From: Nitrospinota bacterium
GTDB taxonomy: Bacteria; Nitrospinota; Nitrospinia; Nitrospinales; VA-1
Direction: 5' to 3'
DNA: 64,000 nucleotides
Assembly (NCBI GenBank): GCA_038108555.1
Contig: JAYNIA010000001.1
Coordinates: 102,427 to 166,426, forward strand
In this document: positions 58,174-64,000 of the stretch, piece by piece
How the letters are laid out: the number at the start of each line of letters is the position of its first letter
How positions within the stretch are numbered: the stretch's first letter is position 1
Notes under the pieces: model-generated
What the model was told of the DNA's origin: nothing
Seen by the model: only the letters and a program-made list of their open reading frames with translations
The model's database searches: none
Made by a program: the position numbers and the translations under genes

Positions 58174-60054
58174 TTAAGCGATATATGCTTCACTGGCAAC
58201 TTTTGCCAGGTCGCGCATCTCCGAGCGGACTTGGCGGAGGTTTTCTTCTTCACTTAGGTCGGCCTCAACCCATTGAGCCAGTTCGTAACGGCTCTCCGGC
58301 AAAGGAAACTCCGGCTGCAAATCGCCCGAGGCAATCCCTTCAATGAGCTCCATCAGCTTCTCCAGCCCATTACCCTGCCATACCTTTACAACCAATTGGG
58401 CAAAATCTTCTGCGGTTTCATCTTCGAGGTCGGGCATCGCTTCTAGTGCCTCATCAATTTCATTCTTGGGTGGGCTGGGTTCATCTCCATCCTCTTCAAT
58501 GGGGAGTTCCCCAAACTTTTTAAAGTAGGTCAACCTTTGAAGATTGTTCAAGAGGTTGATTGAAAACTCGCCATCATTATTTTTTACATAATCAATAAGA
58601 GGATACAGTTTGACCGGGTAGTAAGTATAAATTGCAAATAACAGCCACAACCGGTTCATCAATCGGCTGTCCATATCTTTAAACTTCACTACAGTACCGT
58701 TCCCAAAGGTGAACGTATTGAAATCGTAATTTTTCAAGCTTTGGAGTTCATGATCGTCACCCATCCAACCCGATTGGGCCATCCAATCACGAATCGGGGT
58801 CCCTTTATAGGGGTAAAAAATCCCAACTTTTTGAGTGAAAGACCCCACCAATTTGTTTAGAGCGATGGTTCTAAAAATATCTTCCTGACTTTCGTTGGGA
58901 AGACCAATCATGTTAAACGAAACCCCACTCACCCCATTGTCTCTTAACAATTGGAATGCCTTGACGTACACCTCATTGCTTGTTGTTTTGTGCAGCAACC
59001 CTTTTCTCATATCGGGGCTGCCGGTTTCCATTCCCAGCGAAACACTTTTACAATTGGTTTTTCGCAATACTTTTGCAGAAAAATCGGTGATGCTCTGCGC
59101 GGTGGTTTCAATCACATAGGGCAATCCAATTTCTGAGGAATACTTATCACAAAACTCCTGCATCCGGTTTTGGTCCATGAGCAGGAAGGTTTCGTCCCAA
59201 AATTTCATAAATTCGATTTTATGAACATCCACCGCATATTTGATTTCCTTGATAACCCGGTCGATCGACTTCTCTCTATGGTAGCCCCCCGGGCTGGCCA
59301 TTTTATACATTTCCTGTAATTGGACGTTAACACAGTAGGAACATTTGTAAGGGCAACCGCGACTCATTTCAAAGTCCCCATATTTGTAAACATAACCTAG
59401 ATAGGGCTTATAAAATGCTGCTTGGCTGTATATTGTCCAATCTGGATAGGGGAACAGGTCCAGGTTCTGTTCGTAGGGTCGAACCGGATTTTTCTCAATG
59501 GAACCGTCTTCTTTTTTGACCCATAAATTAGCAATTCCCTCGAGACTCTTATTTTGTGTAACCCGTTCGATGATATCTAAAATTACGTATTCCCCTTCAC
59601 CCACACATACGGAATCGAAGCAGTCTTCTGCAAGAACTCCTTGAGGATCAACCGTGGCATGCACTCCCCCGGCAATGGTGGGAATGGAAGGAAATGCTTC
59701 CCTAATTTTTCGCATTAACCCCAACCCCAGAGGATAATCGTCTGTAAGAGCGCTCAGACCTATCATATCGGGTTGGAAAGCCTCAACCTCTCTCAGGGCT
59801 TTTTCAATCAGTTCATGATAGGTGACCGATTCCCGCTTTGGGAGGCGCTCAGCATTGGAAGGGTTCTTAAACTGCAGCGTTTTTGACCCCACCTGATTCC
59901 AATCTGACTTGTTCTCCGTACGGATAGAAAACTGTGTGCAGTCAAAGAGCTTGAACTCATGGCCGGCCTGTTTGACCATGGCTGCTAACGAGGCAATACC
60001 AATGGGTTTGTTTCCAGTGGCAAACTGATTGGGGTACAGCATGAAAAATCGCAT
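58174..60054 (-). CDS. B12-binding-domain radical SAM protein with acidic C-terminal extension
   Basis: PIGIASL, AGGVHAT, VGEGE, SRGCPYKCSYC, GMETGS, IGLPNE, FYPYKGT. Confidence 0.9.
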   Translation of the reverse strand: MRFFMLYPNQFATGNKPIGIASLAAMVKQAGHEFKLFDCTQFSIRTENKSDWNQVGSKTLQFKNPSNAERLPKRESVTYHELIEKALREVEAFQPDMIGLSALTDDYPLGLGLMRKIREAFPSIPTIAGGVHATVDPQGVLAEDCFDSVCVGEGEYVILDIIERVTQNKSLEGIANLWVKKEDGSIEKNPVRPYEQNLDLFPYPDWTIYSQAAFYKPYLGYVYKYGDFEMSRGCPYKCSYCVNVQLQEMYKMASPGGYHREKSIDRVIKEIKYAVDVHKIEFMKFWDETFLLMDQNRMQEFCDKYSSEIGLPYVIETTAQSITDFSAKVLRKTNCKSVSLGMETGSPDMRKGLLHKTTSNEVYVKAFQLLRDNGVSGVSFNMIGLPNESQEDIFRTIALNKLVGSFTQKVGIFYPYKGTPIRDWMAQSGWMGDDHELQSLKNYDFNTFTFGNGTVVKFKDMDSRLMNRLWLLFAIYTYYPVKLYPLIDYVKNNDGEFSINLLNNLQRLTYFKKFGELPIEEDGDEPSPPKNEIDEALEAMPDLEDETAEDFAQLVVKVWQGNGLEKLMELIEGIASGDLQPEFPLPESRYELAQWVEADLSEEENLRQVRSEMRDLAKVASEAYIA

Positions 60055-60332
60055 ATTTGAAAGGTGCCCGCCAGGGCGAAATTAAGTTCATATTAAATAA
60101 AGCGCCTTATTTTAACATATACACCTACTATCCCTCGGAAAAATAAGTGGATTTTATAGATTTTAATATGCCAAAATTTAGTGCCAGCCTTTTCCCCAGC
60201 CCGGGGGTGTTTGCATTTAAGCTTCAGGTTTGAATTGCATAGACATGAATGAGGTAATGAGCTATTCTTGAACCGACCATAAAGGGTCTAAATAACAACG
60301 AAATAGACGTAATAAACGAAAACAAATATCAA

Positions 60333-61772
60333 ATGAATACAAGTCAATTGGCTTTCAAGCATAAACGGAGAAAGGCGCTTTCGGCTCCAATAATGATTAA
60401 TTTGGAGCTGACAGATGCTTGCAATTTAAAATGTCGGCACTGCTACAATTTTTGGCGGGAAGACCCGATGAACGCCAACGCTGCTTTTAAAAGTGATCAC
60501 ATCGATCAGATTGTAGAAGAAGTTCTCAAGGCGGAAGTTTTTCACGTGGTACTCACCGGGGGCGAACCTTTTGCAAATTTTCAAACTTTGGAATATGCCA
60601 TGCGCAAATTCACCGAAGCGGGTATATCGACAAGCGTAAATTCAAATCTCATGCTGGTCACACCCGAAAAAATTGCAAAACTTAAAGATTCGGGTTGGGA
60701 TCATGTTTTAACCAGTCTCGCATCTTATGACGCGGCAACCAACGACGACCTCATGAACAAAGAAGGCACCTTCGACAAAATCATCGAAGGCATAAAAATG
60801 ACGGTGGATGCTGGAATTCGTGTCAGCGTCAATATGGTTATCGGCGAAATAAATAAAGACCACGTCTACGAAACGGCTAAGTTCTGCGCGGAACTGGGAT
60901 GCCAACGAATGTTTGGTACACGTCTTGTTCCATCCGTAAATGTTGAAGAACCTACGGAAACCGACATGAAATTGAATCAGGAAAGCGCCCGAAAAGCCGT
61001 GGATGATATGTTGCGAGCAAAAGAGGACTTTGGAATTGGCATTGGGACTTTGATCAGCTACCCGCTTTGCTTGTTGGGTGACCTTGAAAAGTATAAGGAT
61101 TTCGTTGGTAGAGGTTGCCCCGCCCAATCGGGTATCCGTATGTCACTCAATGCGGATGGGACGGCTCATGCATGCACCCATGAAGAAGAAGGGTATGGAA
61201 ACATTCTAGAGGAAGGAATCAAACCTGTTTTCAAAAGAATGCACAAATGGCATGACGGGTCCTATCTATTTGAAGGTTGCGCCGATTGCGAATATATTGA
61301 TGTTTGCGGATCGGGTTGTACCATGGCTGCTGAAGCCTATTTTAAAACCAAAGATGCCAAAGACCCCCTATGGCTTGGACGTGAAAATATTGGCGTTCCG
61401 TATAAAGCAGAAATTCCTCAAGCAATTTACAACGCTGTTGATGAAGGCAAACAGTTCATTGTTCCCCAAAGGGTTCGATTCAGAGAGGAAGATGGATTTC
61501 ATGTCATCAATATTCGATGGGCAAATGCCTTCCAAATCCCCAGTGATTTGGCTCTTTTCCTGATTAAAATGCAAAAGGAAGAACAGCCATTTAGTCTCGC
61601 CGACATGGATGGATCTGTTGAAGACTCCCGTCAATGTCTTATCAATATGGTTTTTAAAGATGGCGTAGAGCCCCTGGATGATGAACTGAAGGCGTATCTG
61701 ATCGACCGACCCAAAACCGGGGCCAGCGTAAATCCCTTCGAATTGCCGGAAGAATTGGCCCACTTAGCTTAG
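60333..61772 (+). CDS. Radical SAM/SPASM-domain protein
   Basis: CNLKCRHC, LTGGEP, GCPA...DGTAHAC, CADCEYIDVCGSGC; extra C-terminal domain. Confidence 0.9.
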   Translation: MNTSQLAFKHKRRKALSAPIMINLELTDACNLKCRHCYNFWREDPMNANAAFKSDHIDQIVEEVLKAEVFHVVLTGGEPFANFQTLEYAMRKFTEAGISTSVNSNLMLVTPEKIAKLKDSGWDHVLTSLASYDAATNDDLMNKEGTFDKIIEGIKMTVDAGIRVSVNMVIGEINKDHVYETAKFCAELGCQRMFGTRLVPSVNVEEPTETDMKLNQESARKAVDDMLRAKEDFGIGIGTLISYPLCLLGDLEKYKDFVGRGCPAQSGIRMSLNADGTAHACTHEEEGYGNILEEGIKPVFKRMHKWHDGSYLFEGCADCEYIDVCGSGCTMAAEAYFKTKDAKDPLWLGRENIGVPYKAEIPQAIYNAVDEGKQFIVPQRVRFREEDGFHVINIRWANAFQIPSDLALFLIKMQKEEQPFSLADMDGSVEDSRQCLINMVFKDGVEPLDDELKAYLIDRPKTGASVNPFELPEELAHLA

Positions 61773-61773
61773 T

Positions 61774-62490
61774 ATGGCAGTTGTTATATCCCTAATTCCT
61801 GCTCGGGGGGGCTCCAAGGGAATCCCCCGGAAAAATCTCGCACCTCTTGCCAATAAACCATTAATTGCACATTCCATTGAAGATTCTCTCAATTGCACGC
61901 TGATAAAAAGGACCATTGTTTCAACGGATGACGAGGAAATTGCCGAAGTAGCTCGCAATTTAGGTGCAGAAGTTCCTTTTATCCGTCCTATGGAATTTGC
62001 TGAAGATGATACTCCGGATTTTCCGGTTTTTTTACATGCCTTGGAATGGCTAAAGGACAATGAAGGGTTTGCACCGGATTTAGTGGTACAGCTACGGCCC
62101 ACCACCCCTATCCGCCCGCCGGGACTTATCGAACGTGGTATCGAAATGCTTTCGGGTAACTCGGAGGCAGATTGTGTGCGCACCGTTCGAAAATCTCCTA
62201 TAACCCCCTATAAAATGTGGCAGCTGGATGGAAACTTTTTAAAACCCTTCATTCAGCTTGAGGGCAAAGAATCCTACAACATGCCGCGACAAAAGCTTCC
62301 CTGGGTTTTTCAGCATGATGGAGTGCTGGATGTAATCCGCACATCAACCCTGCTAAACAAAAATTCTGTTACGGGAAGCAAAATTCTTCCCTTGTTTATG
62401 GATGAATCGTTCCTGACAGTAGATATTGATAAACCCGTGGATCTGTTAATCGCTGAGGCTTTTATCAATTATAATCAACAACACAAATAA
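61774..62490 (+). CDS. neuA: Acylneuraminate cytidylyltransferase
   Basis: IPARGGSKGIPRKN, VSTDDEEI, PFIRP, LRPTTP, DID. Confidence 0.92.
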   Translation: MAVVISLIPARGGSKGIPRKNLAPLANKPLIAHSIEDSLNCTLIKRTIVSTDDEEIAEVARNLGAEVPFIRPMEFAEDDTPDFPVFLHALEWLKDNEGFAPDLVVQLRPTTPIRPPGLIERGIEMLSGNSEADCVRTVRKSPITPYKMWQLDGNFLKPFIQLEGKESYNMPRQKLPWVFQHDGVLDVIRTSTLLNKNSVTGSKILPLFMDESFLTVDIDKPVDLLIAEAFINYNQQHK

Positions 62491-62580
62491 TCCATTATTA
62501 AATCCGCCTGAATAAGTATCATCAAATTCTGATTTTTTTGATCGCTCAAAATTTATAACAAAAATTAAACCTGTTTTTTT

Positions 62581-64000
62581 ATGAGCTTGAAACGAGTAAT
62601 TGATATTGAGGAACCTGGCGAGCTCGATTCGCACACAATAGTTTTAATTGACCATTTGTGTGCCTTTTCTCTTTTTCCACTGTTAAAAATTTGTTTCAAA
62701 AATCGGCCAGTAAAAATATTTTACTTTGAGGCCTCTAATCTAGGCTTGGGATGGGCTTATTTCCTTAAGCTGCTCCAACTGGTTTCCGCAAATCCTTCAC
62801 CCATCAAAGACTATATATTAACCGACGAACCTTTAAACGGTGTTTCGGAAGTTCGTTTCCACGCATATAAAGCTTGCATAAACTATCAAAGCAAAATCAA
62901 AGAACGGATAAGCCGGTACTTCCCAAAAATAGAATCTCGTTTTTTAGATATTTATGAAACAGGAGTGAGGAAAATATGGCAACTTTGGTTGGAAGAGGTA
63001 ATTTTTCAAAGAGACCTTGGGAAATTCATTTGCCAAAACTCGAACATCTCACCCTCCCAGGTAATATTGGTTTCCAAATATGCGTATTTGTTAAATCTCG
63101 TAGGTTTGAATTCTAACACCTCCACCGAAATAAAGGTACTGCCTCAAACATTTAAATTCGATACCTTTAAATATTTATTTGGCCCTGTAATTTTAAGCTC
63201 ACTCCAACTCATATCATCTTTATACAAGCTATTGCCCTTTTCCGGGAAAGAATCAACTCAAGAGGCAAAGGACAATAGTTATATTGGAGTGGCTGCGGCC
63301 TGGGGCATAGAAGGAAATGAAAATAATCGTGTGAATGATTTTTTTTGGTGGCGGCTAAGCCAAGTCCCGCCCAATCGCCTACTATACATGTTTGAAAGGC
63401 AGGATTGCCAACCCACAAAAGAAAGAGTTTCCGAACTTAATAGACTCGGTATTAATTTTACGGTCTTAAATAAAAATTTCTCCGGCGAAGCTTCTCACTC
63501 AAATATTTTCAGTCCAGACACATCGGTTGCCGATAACCTTAGGATGGTATTTTTTTATTCCTCTTTGGCGCTCCGGTTTTTATTGGGAGATAAATTTATT
63601 TATTCGATCGTTCCTCTTGTAGGCTGGCAAATTTTTAACTCGGACAAACTTTCCAACACATATAAAGGCCTCAAACTGAGCTGCCTTTTTAATTTTGATG
63701 AAGCCGGATTTGAACACGTAAATCTTGCTTCCCAAAAGAATGGTTTAGTACGTTTTGGGGTCCACTGGTCATGCTATATGAACCCGCATCACTCCACAGT
63801 ACGCTGCCATGAAGTGCTTTTCGTTTGGGGGAATCACAACCTAAAAATTATTCTTGATTCCAATTCCAACAACAAAATTATTTTGTTTTCAGGATGTTTT
63901 CTCACGGAAAGTGTTTATAAGAACGAGCATTTAAAAGGAATAAAAGCGGTACAGGCAATGAAAGATAAGAGGGTGCGTTATACCCTGACCCTGTTTGATA
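62581..64000 (+). CDS. Long hypothetical protein, probably surface-carbohydrate biosynthesis (partial)
   Basis: Frame open from ATG 62581 (MSLKRVIDIEE) in the stretches checked through to the window end; GVHWS...LFVWG segment; follows neuA. Confidence 0.7.
   Translation, partial: MSLKRVIDIEEPGELDSHTIVLIDHLCAFSLFPLLKICFKNRPVKIFYFEASNLGLGWAYFLKLLQLVSANPSPIKDYILTDEPLNGVSEVRFHAYKACINYQSKIKERISRYFPKIESRFLDIYETGVRKIWQLWLEEVIFQRDLGKFICQNSNISPSQVILVSKYAYLLNLVGLNSNTSTEIKVLPQTFKFDTFKYLFGPVILSSLQLISSLYKLLPFSGKESTQEAKDNSYIGVAAAWGIEGNENNRVNDFFWWRLSQVPPNRLLYMFERQDCQPTKERVSELNRLGINFTVLNKNFSGEASHSNIFSPDTSVADNLRMVFFYSSLALRFLLGDKFIYSIVPLVGWQIFNSDKLSNTYKGLKLSCLFNFDEAGFEHVNLASQKNGLVRFGVHWSCYMNPHHSTVRCHEVLFVWGNHNLKIILDSNSNNKIILFSGCFLTESVYKNEHLKGIKAVQAMKDKRVRYTLTLFD

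Noticed and set aside
60168..60187. Sigma54 promoter on the minus strand (TGGCAC...TGGCA)
   Set aside because: GG-to-GC spacing is two bases too long

Overview
Bacterial chromosomal window, AT-rich, with no rRNA, tRNA or CRISPR array visible. Gene content (RI-like LRR proteins, Sel1, fused spermidine synthase-TPR, c-type cytochrome, stand-alone HydB/NuoF-like flavoprotein) is reminiscent of Nitrospinota-type bacteria; this is an inference and was not searched. Bases 1-24 kb are mixed housekeeping and accessory genes (pepA, HydB/NuoF-like, GT4, oppA, LRRs). They include a ~2.9 kb insert flanked by a diverged 152-bp duplication of the oppA 3' end, carrying an orphan REC-GspE/PilB ATPase split by a frameshift at an A7 run, and a neighbouring secreted hydrolase gene interrupted by an in-frame TAG. 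Bases 24-64 kb are a very large surface-glycan (LPS/O-antigen or glycoprotein) locus that runs off the window. It holds a MaoC-KR/ACP/FkbH/GNAT/deacetylase acylation module, CDP-glucose genes, a GmhA + TPP-enzyme pair + inverted HldE module, an ABC flippase, cysC, a four-domain NeuB with NeuA, several methyltransferases and four radical SAM enzymes. All product calls come from motifs read by eye; no database searches were run.
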